This document shows positions 36,160-49,350 of a DNA stretch of 64,000 bases, piece after piece. The notes under the pieces were generated by a model, which searched no databases, was not told where the DNA came from, and saw only the letters and a list, made by a program, of their open reading frames with translations. The position numbers and the translations under genes are program-made. Every line of letters begins with the position of its first letter. Within the stretch, counting starts at the first letter, position 1. This DNA comes from Basidiobolus meristosporus CBS 931.73 (lineage: Eukaryota; Fungi; Basidiobolomycota): the NCBI GenBank assembly GCA_002104905.1, contig MCFE01000007.1:1-64000 (forward strand). The letters are read 5' to 3'.

Positions 36160-38553
36160 ACTTCAAAGAGAGTCAAACAAATGAGAGTATATGTATGTGT
36201 ATTTACAGAAGACAGGGTGGAGGTGGTATGTGGAAGTTAATATATCAACTCCAAAAGTAGGGGGTGAAGGTGTTCTTGTAATAGTAGTAAGGGTTAGAGA
36301 TAGCCTTCTGTTTGAGATAAGACAAGTATAAATATGGGATTTAACGTTGAGTGCAATGGAAACGACGAATTCCAATTTAGATAGCAATATAAATCATAGA
36401 GTGAGGTTGTCACAATCATATTGATATCTAGATATAAATAGGGTAATCACTCTACACGCCCGTTCGAATTTAGCTTTCCGAGTACGTTGGGGCTACCAAT
36501 CAAGCTACTATCATATGAAATTCTACTGCTTTTTCCTTTTCCACAAATCACCAACTTCCATAGAAATGAAGGCCAACTGAGCTAATTTGGAAGCGTATGG
36601 TTGATGAAGACGTCCACCACGTTGGAAGGTATGTGCCCACACGTGAAGGGAAAAGCTTAAACTTTTGGATCCGCTGGTGAGACCGGCCATTGGACAGCAG
36701 TACAAGCTTTTCCCACTGCGTTGCTTCAGACAAGATACGGTAGCTTTTGGATCTGACTAAGGCTCGGATGCCATCGCAATTCCAGAGTGCTTGAAAATGC
36801 AGATATCGATACCTATTTAGTGCGCGTTTAAAGTCTAACTTGGTGTCTCAGTCAACGTTAAGCTAGTATCGGAGATAATAACAGAGATCATGTCCGTGAC
36901 CAATAGCCAAGGTGCAATCTAATGCTGGAATCGGTTTGAGACCGGATAAGGCCAGAAATGATGGCATTAATCCATTCTAACAAGCTCTCTGGAAACTAAA
37001 CTCGTTATGAGTACCACAAATGTTGGTCCAAGCAAGGGAGTCCGGGTGTCCTCTACCATGCCAGCGATGACAATAGGGTTTGACGCTGGAACTGTCCAGT
37101 TTAATTTTCAGCTATCCGAGCATGGGCGGAGGTTCTATCAAACGATGATCCGTATCTTGATCTACGACATTGAGTGTCACGATAAGCAGCGCTTTGAGAT
37201 TCCGAATTGCCTTTCTTGAGGCTTCTTCAAGATTTTGATTGTCAAAAGACGCCATTAGTCAGCCGAGAGAATTGAAAGATAGCATCTAGGCTGTGCCTAT
37301 CGATACGATGCTTCACTGATACAATTTACACTTGTGACTCAATAGGACGCTGTGCTTCTTGCATCCCATTCACTGATGCCGCAGCCATCACTAATGGATC
37401 AGAGGGAGGCTTGGCACACTTCAGAGTAGCTCCGACATCCTACAACGATCACTGTTTGCTGTAGTTCGGCATGCGGGATTCCCCTGAAATCACGATAATG
37501 CAGCGCAGAGCAAAGGAGAGCAACGAGAAATCACAGGATCTGATGTTTTCAACCAACAACCGGTCTTCTTTCTTCAAGGAGCGTCACATCTTTAACTGTC
37601 CCACAATGATGACATCAGCCTCAGGAAGAAGTCCGAATGAATCAGCCACGTTATAACGGGAGGATGGTCAAGTGAATTTGCCGGTAATGAGAAATACAAC
37701 CAAAGCGATTTTTCATTTCAGGCCATCTTCCGAAACTCATATTCCCAGCGCCACCCAGCCTGTTCAACGGATTCTACAGTGAATGCCACGGCCTATTGTT
37801 CCCAAGTTTGAGGGGGAGCCGTCTTATAGAGCATATTTCTCCTCAAAGCGTATCATTGAAGGACATAAACCACCATTCCCAGCTCTAATGAATAAATATT
37901 TCTATTTCGGAGGTCGCCGTTTTCTGCTTCATCTCTCCTGACACAAATGTATTGTCACCCATCATTAAAGCTTTTGCAAGGCGTACTGAACCCTCCTACT
38001 TTTGAGCCAAAACCGTCCTCAATCCCTTATGGACACGAGTATAACTACTGGCAAGCAGACCTGCAGTTATGTATGCCTAACCAATTTATGTGCTCTGCAC
38101 ATTTCCCTTCAAAATCTCCTAACAATAGCAAAGCAGTTAAATGCACTTCCCGAAATCGTACTTTACATACGTTACGAATTAGACCGAGAAGCATATTAGA
38201 AGTATTCTAAAAGAATGGGATATCACTGCTCCGAGAATCTGTTCCACTATATAGTAATGTAATGTATCATGTTGGTGAATTGTACAAACGTTGACCGCCT
38301 ACTGGTCTGCAAAACGACTATTCAATGTATGAATTCCATATTTATCGGTGATTTAAGTATGCAGCAGAATATTCGTTATTCGTTCCAGTATGGTAAGGTG
38401 GTTCACATTTAAATCCTACCAAGGTACATCAACCCTTTGCCCATTTACAACTCCTACAACTTTCCTTTGGACTCTTTTCAACATATCTTTGTACATCACA
38501 ACTGTTGTGCACTGTAGTGATTCAGTCAATTCCGTCCTAGCCACTTGTAAACG

Positions 38554-39429
38554 ATGAAACCGTTCGTAAATTTCGTCCTTGCCGCAGTGATTTTGACCAC
38601 TGTGGCTAGTGCACAAGGGCCAGTAGCCAATGTTCCTAATAAAGATCCCATGAAACTCGATAACCCAGTGCCAACAAAAGCCGATGCCAAGCCAGCCGCC
38701 GCAAGCCCAGTTGGTCCTGAGCCGGTCTCCTCGTCTGCTCCTGCTCCTGCGCCTGCCCCCGCCCCTGCCCAACCTTCAAGTGTGGAACCAAAAGTCGAGC
38801 CAGCACCATCAAAGGAAGCTCCTAAAGTAGAATCCACTCCGGAACCTCCGAAACCGGACACACCCAAACCAGAACCCACCAAATCAGAACTGCCAAAGGT
38901 AGAGATCGCCGTACCTACTCCTGCCAAGCCAGAACCTGCCAAACCAGAGCAACCCAAAGCACCAGAACCAACCAAACCTGCACAACCAAGCCCTCATACT
39001 CCTCATCAACCAAATCAAACTACTCCACCAATTGTCAACAAGGGGAGCCCACCTGTTCGCACCACAATCGTAACGAATCCGGATGGCTCCAAGTCTACAT
39101 CAACATACACCCCAGATGTAAACTTTCTAGCAAATAGCAAGCCTAATGATTCGAGTAGTGGAGGTACCAATGTTGGTGGTATTGTCGGAGGCGTCATTGC
39201 TGGTTTTGTCGTCCTAAGCGCACTGGGGGCTTTTGTATATCGAAAGATCGCTCGTCGCTCATGGAGGGAATACAACGATGAGGAATACATGGCAACTACT
39301 TCACAGGAGCACTTCAGTACCTCCATGGCCTATGCTCAGCCAAGTCCGTACTCGCCTTCTCATTCCCACCAAGGCTCTGACCCATTCAAGAACACGTTAG
39401 ACCAATACCATCGAGGTCATCACTTGTAG
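38554..39429 (+). CDS. Type I membrane protein: signal peptide, Pro/Ala/Lys/Glu-rich stalk, single TM helix, short cytoplasmic tail (Mid2/Wsc-like architecture)
   Basis: MKPFVNFVLAAVILTTVASA signal, PAPAP and KPE repeats, VGGIVGGVIAGFVVLSALGAFVYRK TM. Confidence 0.82.
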   Translation: MKPFVNFVLAAVILTTVASAQGPVANVPNKDPMKLDNPVPTKADAKPAAASPVGPEPVSSSAPAPAPAPAPAQPSSVEPKVEPAPSKEAPKVESTPEPPKPDTPKPEPTKSELPKVEIAVPTPAKPEPAKPEQPKAPEPTKPAQPSPHTPHQPNQTTPPIVNKGSPPVRTTIVTNPDGSKSTSTYTPDVNFLANSKPNDSSSGGTNVGGIVGGVIAGFVVLSALGAFVYRKIARRSWREYNDEEYMATTSQEHFSTSMAYAQPSPYSPSHSHQGSDPFKNTLDQYHRGHHL

Positions 39430-40481
39430 ATATGGTAATATTTCCGCTCCAACGCAGCAAGCCAAGGGCTCTTCAGCATGAAATCAATCATTCGAGTCGA
39501 CTAGCCACCCTGCTATAACATAGACATTCCTTGGGCTATGTCAAGCTAAACATTCCCACAGTTTCATTACCAACTACTCTTAATTTTGGACTCTTGGCAT
39601 AATCTCGTGATCTCTGGTTGTTTTGCCCGGAAATTATGTAGAAGTGACGCAAATAATAAGACCGTTTTTTAGTTAAATATCTATATCTTTATTCTCGTAT
39701 CATTACGATATATATCATTCACCGTTATACCATCTTGTTATTTCAACTGGTTATAAGCCTCTTGTTACTTCAGTTAATTTTCTATTTATGAAATATGTAT
39801 GAGTATCTTTGCTTGTAGTCCTGAGTATTCCGCCCAGATGATCCAAGTTTGTGACTAAATAAAATATCGAATATCAGGTTTTATCACTAATCAGCTGATC
39901 CTTGCATTCAAGGATTGATCACCCTTTCTGACTTGCGCAGGAGACTCAACCATGAGCAAATGCTAGGCTTGTACAAATGATCATGGGTTGCAGACACACC
40001 CTTGGTGAATACCGTGACAGCAAATGTCTCAACACCTTGAGGTGGCTATGCCGTTTAGAGGCCCACCGATAGATTTCGTCCATTATGTGCAAGCATGCAT
40101 TGGCAACGGCTCGAAAGTATCCAGACAATCAGAGTAGGACAGTGCCACTGGAAGGAAATAGCGGGCTGCAGCAGACGGGAATGACCTGAAATCCTCGAAG
40201 GTTCTATAGCTCATAATAGAATAGCAAATCTATTCAATTGGGTTGGCCAATCACCAGTCCGTTGATGTACTACCGTATTTCCTAATTAAACCTCACTTAA
40301 GAGCCTCCTTGGATTATTCAGTCCACATAACACCTTTTCAACATAACTTCTCTTGTTGGTATCAGGAAAGATTCACTCGATTACACTTATTTGTTAATAT
40401 CCAACTTATTCTACTACGCTTCCATATAGCGGCCCGCTCAAAGAACCTTTGTGTTTTCCCGATTAGATAGAAGCGTATTTC

Positions 40482-42657
40482 ATGGGATTTTTCTCACCTT
40501 TTCAACAGCCGCCTGTCAATGTAGCTTTGGATGATGCTCGACTAGAGCAATTAAAACATTTATTCCCGGATGGCGGTAGGTATCCCACACATCTTGATTG
40601 CCACGCAATAAGAAATTTACGCTGTGCTTCTTTATCTCACTAGATGTTGAGTATTTTCGAGAGTGTCTGAAATTCTACAAAGATCAGCATGTTGAACGCA
40701 TTACAGAGAAGATCCTATCCAACCAGTTTGGTTACTACCCAAGACGCCCACCAACCGGTAAACCAAACGCTAGCGAAGGCCAAAATTACTTTCTCAAGAA
40801 GCTCAATGAGATCTTTCCTGATTGCGAAATTCGCTGTATCCGAGAAAAAATCAAGAATCTTACGCACAGTCACGTTGAGCAGGCCATCGACTATCTACTG
40901 GATTTGGATAAGAATGCGCGCAATGGATACCCTCAGCGGCTCAAGCCTGGCATTATTGACCGTGCCGACTATGTTCGATCCTCCTCATATATCAAAGGAG
41001 CCAAACATCGACTCTATAATGAATTCCCTTTCGCTTTCAAGTCCTCTATCAAAGCAGTCATGGCCGAACTGAACAATGACTATGTTCAAAGCTATGACTC
41101 ATTGAGTAGCATGAGCTCACTAACTTGGTGGACATCGTGGCTCACATTTATGCAGCGCAAACCATATAACTCTCCTGAAATGTACGATCCGGAGCTTTTG
41201 AAGGACGTGGATATGATTTTGAGTAGAGAACGCATAGCACAGACCAAAAAAGACGAAGACATAGCTAAAAATTTGAACTTCTCTGAATACCAGAAACACA
41301 ACGAACTTTTCGAATGTGGGTGCTGTTTTAGCTCTTTTGTCTTTGAAGATATGTGCACCTGTCGTGAAGGGCATATGTTCTGTTGCGATTGCCTGAGTGC
41401 TTATACAAAAGAAGGTCTATTTGGACAAGGCAACTTACGTGGCAAGCCTATTCCATGTATGGATTCCAGCGAGTGCACATCGACCTTTTCCCTTGAGGAA
41501 CTTGAGCGTGTCCTTTCATCTGACATATACCATGCATATGCCGATTCTATTATTGAAGAAGAGTTCAAGCAACTAAATGTAGAGCTTGTAAAGTGCCCCT
41601 TCTGCTCGTATTGTGAGTTCGACGATGATCCACTAGACCTCCGGAGACTACGTCTTTACAGGATCTTCATCTATTTGGGAATATTGGCATATGCTTCCAC
41701 TTGGATTGCCACATGCATTATGGATATTCTGGAAGCAGTCTTTTGCTCCTGGAGTGGCACATTTGTCTTTGGATGTGTTGCCGGCATCGCTGGAATTCAA
41801 ATACGTCGGGTTGTGTCCATCGTCCAGCGCCAGCTAGTTCGTAGACGCAAGAAATCAAATATCCTCTACTGCCAGAACCCCCGTTGTGGCAAATGCTCAT
41901 GCTTGGCTTGCGGGCAAGAACACAAACCCTTGCATCGCTGTCACGAAAAAGAACAGGATAAACTGCGCTTGTATGTGGAGCAAGCAATGGCCGATGCTGT
42001 TAAGCGCACGGTAAGCTCGCTCGAACTCATAATCCTACACTGTACGTCACTTAACTACTTCTACTCAGTGTCCCAAATGCCAATTATCTTTCACGAAATC
42101 CGATGGCTGTAACAAGATGACTTGTCGTTGCGGTAAAGTAGAATGATATAATTCTGGCGATGTATTCTTCGCTAAAACGTATGATTCTTTAGGATATCAG
42201 ATGTGCTATATCTGTCGCAAAGATATACGCCAAGAGTCATATTCACATTTCTGCGATCATTTCCGTGACATACCAGGACAGAGCTGCACTGCATGTAACA
42301 AATGCGACCTATATAAGGTTCAATCGGAAGAAAAAGCAGTCAAGGAGGCAGCCACCCGAGCCCATGCTGAATTTTTGGCCGCCAATCCTGAAATCACACA
42401 TAGCAGTAGTGCTGATTTGGACCACATTGGCCCAGGCTCCTACACTCTCGCAAACGGTCAGTACAGTATAACCACCTGCTTAGTATTCTCAAATGTACTA
42501 ACTGTGCTACAACAGCCATCTCTATTGACTACATTATCGAGCAAATATGTGATCTTTTAATTGACCATTTTTTCCATTGACCTACTTTTGTATTGCTACC
42601 CAAACCTCACAACCCTTTGCGCAATCTTACCATTTCCATCGTTTCTTTAGCGGTTGA
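40482..42657 (+). CDS. RBR E3 ubiquitin ligase, RNF216/TRIAD3-like (CUE-like repeats, RING1, IBR, RING2)
   Basis: LFPD and IFPD repeats, ECGCCF...CREGHMFCCDC, CPFCSYC...CQNPRCGKCSCLAC...H..C, EQAMADAVKRT|CPKC...KSDGCNKMTCRCG|MCYICR. Confidence 0.9.
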
Positions 42658-43124
42658 GCTCCATTCAGATCAACAACTGAACTTAATCCTACCCAAGGAT
42701 CTGCGCACATCATTGGAGTAACTTATAATTCTTTATCAAGGATAGGCCGTTGTAAATTCTGTACCATTTATTGTACGACACAATTTAAATTCGAACTCGG
42801 GCCTACTATTTGGTTTACATCAAACATGAAAAATATGATTCGCCTCTAGTGCAGCTAATTTTCCTTACCTTCGACCAAACTTCGCTTTTGAAGGGTATTT
42901 TTCATTGTTCATATTCAATAATAAATATAACATACCTGGTAGCAGTTACTTCGGTTGCTGTTGCTTGGTCAAGAGAATTTCTGAAGCACCTAGTCCGGGT
43001 GGCCCTCGGTTATATGGTACACCCGATCGCGCAGAAAGGCCCGATGGTTCGAGCCTCACTTGTCCATTCTCGTAGCCATACTTGGTTTTGTTTATTTGTT
43101 GGAATTTGCTGTCCTTTTCGCAGC

Positions 43125-43865
43125 CTAGTTGTACATTAAATCGGATCTAAGGACGTATTTCACACCGCTGATTACTTCTTTCGCTTCGTGGAGTAAGCAC
43201 TTGGCGCCGTGGCGATGGAGCAAAGCGCTACCCCGTACTGGCTTATAAGACAGTGGTGGCTCCTTAGCCTTCATCGAATAGAACACCGTCTCCCCGCCAC
43301 GAAGAGGAAACGCGGAATCGTCACCACCTCCGTTAAGGTATATTAACAAAGTGAATTCGCTGGAGCGTCCCTGGGTGTCTTTTACGCTATCGTCGTAATG
43401 GGGATCGAACTTCTGGCCCGGGTGATACTTGTAGAGCCGAATATTGTCATTTAAACCAACTGCAGTCTTTGCTCCCACGGTCCAGCTTTGGCACAGCTCC
43501 TTGATACCACTATCCCAAAGGTACTGGGCAAACGAGGCGTCCTTGATAGAGAAACGGTCGTTGTCACGGAACGCCTCCCCTTTCTTGGGAATCAATCCCT
43601 TTACCGCCGGCTCAAACTTCAACGTCTCCTCGCTGAATGCTATTATTTCCCTGCACTCCTTTTCGGTAAAAAAATGGTCGATGACATAGATCTGTGAGCT
43701 CATCAGCTCCTCCAACTTCAAACTTTTTTTAGCAGAGAGTCTAGGCCATATTAGGGCTGGACTGTCAGTTGCTTCATTCGGTTTTCGTTTACGCTGTACG
43801 GTGTTTGGTTGTGATTTTGCCTGAGTCTTGCTCGAGAGTGACTTATTTCCTTTCTTGGGTGCCAT
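43125..43865 (-). CDS. 2OG-Fe(II) oxygenase, prolyl-4-hydroxylase-like
   Basis: NIRLYKYHPGQKFDPHYDD, TLLIYLN, GGETVF, LLHEA and KYVLRSD; single exon. Confidence 0.9.
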   Translation of the reverse strand: MAPKKGNKSLSSKTQAKSQPNTVQRKRKPNEATDSPALIWPRLSAKKSLKLEELMSSQIYVIDHFFTEKECREIIAFSEETLKFEPAVKGLIPKKGEAFRDNDRFSIKDASFAQYLWDSGIKELCQSWTVGAKTAVGLNDNIRLYKYHPGQKFDPHYDDSVKDTQGRSSEFTLLIYLNGGGDDSAFPLRGGETVFYSMKAKEPPLSYKPVRGSALLHRHGAKCLLHEAKEVISGVKYVLRSDLMYN

Positions 43866-44702
43866 CGAGCAGGATATCCTCTGTCTAACAAGCCGAGGCA
43901 AGCGCGATAGAGTGTCCGAAGAGAATTTTTAAGGGATGAAAATTGGTACTTGAATTGAGCAAAGCTGTTTAGGGGAAAATCGACTATCGTTGGTAACGGT
44001 GATAGACGTTTTGCTAGTAGATTCGATTTATTCAACATGGATACAATAACATGCGTATTATCAATGATTTATGTCACTTTCTTTCAAGTAATCGATCTCA
44101 ACATAACATTTCCATCCATGCCCCTAGGCCAATGGGGAAGTGGGGCGACAATCACGAAACTATTCATAACTGTCAGCGCTAACAAACATCAGACACTGGG
44201 ATCCATAATGAAATAGATCTCACAATGTGCCACCACGAAAGGTTAGGTAGGTGAGAATATCACTGTGAAACTGTCAAATAGGGGGTTATGATCGCAAATG
44301 GCCAGTAAATACAAGCGAGAGGATTGGTCGTGACTGTATAGTGACCAGCCTTGGTCAATGTACACGATTGAACTAAGCACTGTCCCGAAGTAGTTAACGG
44401 AATTAGAGGTTTGACTCTCACCTTGAAATCCTCTGATACCAGGTTATTTGGCGCGAAATACACGAAATTCACTATAAAACTCAATGATATTTTGCAGTAT
44501 TGCTGAATCGTTGTTGGAAAAGAAAAGTCCACCAAAAACATGAAGTCAAAATTACACCCTTTGCTGTATATTTGTCAGCTATACATATCAAACATGTTTG
44601 TATATGACGTGGAGATAGGATACAGGCTACTAAACTAGTAGATAGAAGAACAAATATGTACAAGGACGGTAGTCGCAAAAACCGGTTAGAGGCGCGAAAC
44701 AG

Positions 44703-45104
44703 CTAGCGGCTACAGTCGCAGAGTTGCGGCTTATGATAGGACATGGACTTCGAGAGAGAAATGAGATATAGCGGGCTAGTCGACATCAGTAGCAAGTCAA
44801 GGGCAGCGAATGGTTTTTTCAGAAGTCTTGTTATCACGGAATCATAATGCAACCTCGTATTTTTGGAGCACGGCTCAGGCAGCTCCGCTTCAGCTATACA
44901 ATAGCCCCTGCGATCGACATGAATAGTGACAGATATCCCTTCCAGTAGGGTAAACGAGAAGATTCCCCAAGGGATATTTGGATTCATTGGGTCAGGACCA
45001 TTTATTTTATTTACTATTAGCGAGTCTTCGTTGATGCCTGAGCGAATTTCTCTGAGAGCTTGGATAAGGTCATGTTCTTGTATTGATTTGTTGTTGGACA
45101 GCAT
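44703..45104 (-). CDS. GSKIP/DUF727-like small protein (exon ends uncertain)
   Basis: ALREIRSGI...FTLLEGISVTIHVDRRGY...FAALDLLLMSTSPLY pattern. Confidence 0.5.
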   Translation of the reverse strand: MLSNNKSIQEHDLIQALREIRSGINEDSLIVNKINGPDPMNPNIPWGIFSFTLLEGISVTIHVDRRGYCIAEAELPEPCSKNTRLHYDSVITRLLKKPFAALDLLLMSTSPLYLISLSKSMSYHKPQLCDCSR

Positions 45105-46696
45105 GATATGGCTTGAAGGTACGTGGGTTGAGCGGTCGTTGATTGGAGGGAAGAGGTCTTTGAGTGAAGTAGGAGGAACCTACGGATATATATACTCGAA
45201 TGAGCATGCACTCTGTTGGAAAGATACATGGAAATCAGGGTTGTCTTCGGATATCCAAATATACATTTTGGGGGTTGAGCTTGAGTCCAGCCTCAGTTGA
45301 GCTGAGAAAAGCAGCCATATGATTGGTCACCTGTGAATCTGAGATTGACCACCAGTCCATCACGGGAGAAGTTCCCATCAATTGGATTAATTCATCTAGG
45401 CTGAATAGGGGATAGAATACCAATTAGTTATAGAAGAATTTAGTGTTGTGTGCGACTCGCAACCCACCGTGTTGCGATAGGGAAGTCGAAAGGTGGTTCG
45501 AGTGAGCTGACAGTGAGTCTTGTTTTTATTCGGTAGCGACATTTTTTTACAACACTTGTGGATTCGAAGCCTGGTATCCTTCGTTGCATTCATAATGTCC
45601 ATTGTTAATTGGTTATGTCTAAGACATCGGTCAGCGAGATTTCAGAGAGTTCGCAGCAATCGCTATGCGGACTGACACAACGGTTGCCATGACACATCAC
45701 ATGATCGCGCACAATAGAAGTACTGTGGATTAATGTAAATCTACAATAGAAGATGCCGCGGACGTGGGCCATCTAGGTCACACTTACGTCATTCTTCCCT
45801 TCAACTAGAAATATCAACAATGCACTGAAGTCTCACTATGAACAAAAATGGCTGCGCGTTGCATCATTGCCTATCAATGTCGATTGCGCAATGGCTGTTT
45901 GTCTATGGATTCCGGCGCAGCACGACGTATCTGAGTTGAAATCATAAAATTAGAATAATATAGATGCTGCCAATATAGTATATATTCATCCATTGGCTTA
46001 GGCAATCATTAAGAAATCACGGAGCTGAGTGTACTGTCTGAAGGATCCCTTGCCGCAATGATTGGAATCACGGTGCTGTGTAACGCTGGAACATAGGTGG
46101 AATTGCCTTCGTGAATTTCTTTCCTCAATTTATAATGATATTGCAGTTTGCGGCAACGGTTTCAAATTGGATTTAGCCCATTGGAGATTTAATTTACCAA
46201 TTTGCGATATAATTGTAATGAGGTTTGGCGCATCATTTAACAAAGAAATAACACCCCGTCATATTTGCAGTTGATTATTGTCGAATAATTGCACAACAAT
46301 GCAGCACCGGTCTGAAATTTCATCAGCACCGAGGTTGGGGTAACAGGTGGATATAGACAACATTGGGCATTCTTGCCGTACTGTGCTACTTGGTTACAGC
46401 CCAGTACCATGGAGTATCCGTGTTGGTCACCGCACGATTATTCTATGATAGCAACTGACCCTTGCTAAGTGTACCAGTGTATTTATTAATCAAAAATATA
46501 CATTAAATGGATTTATGAAGCTGGATAGTACAAGTCGATACAGAGGTGTTCTCGAATAATACTCAGAGAAAGAAGGTTGAGGCGGAGGCGGTGGTGATGA
46601 TGGTGAATGAAATATGTATGCAGTATCTGAAATATATGCTGAATGCTTGAATTGATCTGAATTGTAAAGGATGCGTGGTGCTGATTCAGTATGAAT

Positions 46697-49350
46697 CTAC
46701 GCAACCCCAAGCATCCAATAGGGTGGTGCGATTTCACTTATGTTCTGTGCATTTCGCCGGATCAAGTGCTCCCTATTGTAGATACTTGGAGTTACCTTAA
46801 TAAAGCGATCCAGATAATCATGATCATCATGACTACCGTGGGCGATATTGCGGCGTGCATCCGAAGTGTAATGAGCGCTTTGGGCTATATGTGTGAGCGA
46901 CCAAATCAATTTCTCATCGATATCTTCTAGCTCGGATGTTCTTGGGTCGAAATCCTCCCCATTTGTGATTCGGTGGATTCTTCCGGTTGTGGGATCAAGA
47001 TGCTGCGTTAGATGGTTTACAATGGCTCCACTTAACCGCCTGCCGTCCTTGGTTGAGTGTTCCCATAGGTTGTTCGAGATGTAAGCGTTTTGAACGATAC
47101 GTGCCAATAAAGACCAGTAATAAAGATTCTGCGTAGAGTGGTAGCGGTAGAGTGCAGCTGCCATATTGGGATTTTGGTTTTTCTCGGATTTTTGGAATTG
47201 CACAACATAATCCAACTCAAATGGTTGATTACTTCCAAGGCCAAACTGCTTACCAACGCGCATACGCGACCAATTCACTGTATGCAAAAACAATCGGACA
47301 TCATTGACAAACGCTGATAGCGAGGTGACTTGAAGATCTCTAAATGTGCCACGATGATCGGCATGACGGGTGGTGTTTTTGGCCTCGGTAGAGGAGATGA
47401 GTCGGATCAAATAGCGGTTGGCGAGAGAAACAAGTTGGCTGTATTCCTTATGGTTGAGTGCGTTGGCGCGTTGCAAAAGCCTGAATGCATCCAAGATATA
47501 TGAGAAATCGGTGTTCTCAGGTATACTTTCCAGACGCTCCCAAAGAGGTGTGATCGGGTTGGAAAACTGCTCCCAGACTTTTGACATGGAGTCGTCGTAA
47601 TCTTGTCCTTCTTGAAACTCCGATATTTTATAGGTCCAGAGTCTTGATTGACCCAGTATCCATCTGCGAACAACGTTGGCGGCCCAAGTATAATACTTCT
47701 CCTCTCCGGTGAAGTAGGAAGCAAGTGTAAGAGTGGTAACATTATGGAAAAGCTCCTGTAAATTAACAACCACTCTTTTAGCTGGGTGGCTGCCTGACGC
47801 TAGGTTGACCTCCTCCAACAGAGAAACGTTTGACCGAAAATGAGTTATCATGGCGTCGACCATCTCATTCGCTTCATTCTGCAAAGTAGAGATTACTGAA
47901 TGGGTCCCAGGTTCACCAGACCAGTAAGAAAACCGCTCTTGTCTAAGCTTGGTCTCGTTGTAGACAAGTAGGGTATCGGGAGAGAAGAATTTGCGGACAA
48001 TTTTCTCATCAATAGCATCAATGAACTGCTGAATAGCTAACAGTCGATTGTAGGCACGCATTCTTGTAGCCTCTTTTGTATTGATCTCCTGGTTTGCTTG
48101 GCCTGAAAATAGTCGGAAAACCCAACCTGCGGTTTCATATCCACCCTTTTCTGAGGAGTCCGGTCTTTCTCGAACTTCCCAAGGCACCACCTCCTGAGTT
48201 ATGGTATCGCGTGACTTGTAAGCACCCAATCTCCACAACAACTCAAGCTAGCAAACATTATATTAATACGATATGCACTCTTTCTTGATGACATTAAAAG
48301 TTACCTTTGGGCGCCTTCCATAGCGCATTTGCATGTTGAATGTCTCGGTTGAGTCGTATCTAAAGATTATCTGAGGCTCTTGAGAAGCAACAGGTTTTAC
48401 TTGGGGATTTTCTAGCAGCTCCGTGTTGTTCAATACTCTAGCCATCGGCACAATGAAATACTTATGACTATCGCCGTATCGTTCAAGGCGACGGACGATT
48501 TCGTTGAACGAAGACTCGGTAAAGAAACAATTTCCATCAAAGGGCAGAATCCATTTGGCATTTGACTGCTTCCCATGAGTCAAAGCATAGTTGCGACCGC
48601 CATTCTGTAAGTGACATGTCATGTTAATACAATCGAATAATTCGTGACGCTCCATGAGCGAAATAGACTACTTACATTGTTCATAACGTATAAGTTCTTA
48701 TCATGGTATGTGTAATCGATGACACGCAGCTTTCCCATATTTCCGAGACTCGAGAATTCATCAGAACGAAAGAAGTCTTGAATAGGGAAATCCTCGTAAC
48801 GAAAGTCTCTCTTAATGTATTCAGCTTCTTCAAAGGGTATCCGAATATACTTCTGATTATGACTCTCCAGGAGCTTCAAGATGGCAGCCTCTTGTTCCGG
48901 GTCGACAATTCGGTTTACGATCCACCACTTTTCGGTATTCGGGAATTGGACTTCATTTTCAAGGATGAAGCGTACGTTGTTCAAGGTTTGGCCTGGCTTG
49001 TGGCGGGGGGGCAAGTCATTGCCCAGAATACGATAAAAAGCAAAGCCTTTTCGGTGAAGCTCGGGGGAGGGAGCCTTGGTTGCCGGTAGTTTATATGAGA
49101 TATAGATATAGCCGCACAACGCACCAAATACACAGAAGAATAATACGTGTAGTAATCTCTGCAAAAATATCCGACGTTTAATTATTCGAACGCCTTTGAT
49201 ACGATAATAATCTTTCTCGTCGTCGTCGTAATAGTAATAGTATTGAGGGAGATCTTGCTGTCGTGTTGAGCGTCTCTGGCCAAGCGTACCATTTCCATAA
49301 CCTATAGACCGCACTCGTCTTGGCTTCGGTATGATTGTGGAGGTACCCAT
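46697..49350 (-). CDS. Type II membrane protein with a glycosyltransferase-like N-domain and a C-terminal alginate-lyase (PL5-like) toroid domain; three exons
   Basis: TM, YRILGNDLPPRH, LYVMNN|NGGRNYAL, KWILPFDGNCF, YGRRPK|VELLWRLG, TTLTLASYFTGEEKY and GTFRDLQV. Confidence 0.8.

Noticed and set aside
38416-39326. Long antisense ORFs (38526-38975, 39015-39326 and similar ones over GLR1, the RBR ligase and the lyase gene)
   Set aside because: These are shadows of real coding sequence on the opposite strand and show no independent motifs.
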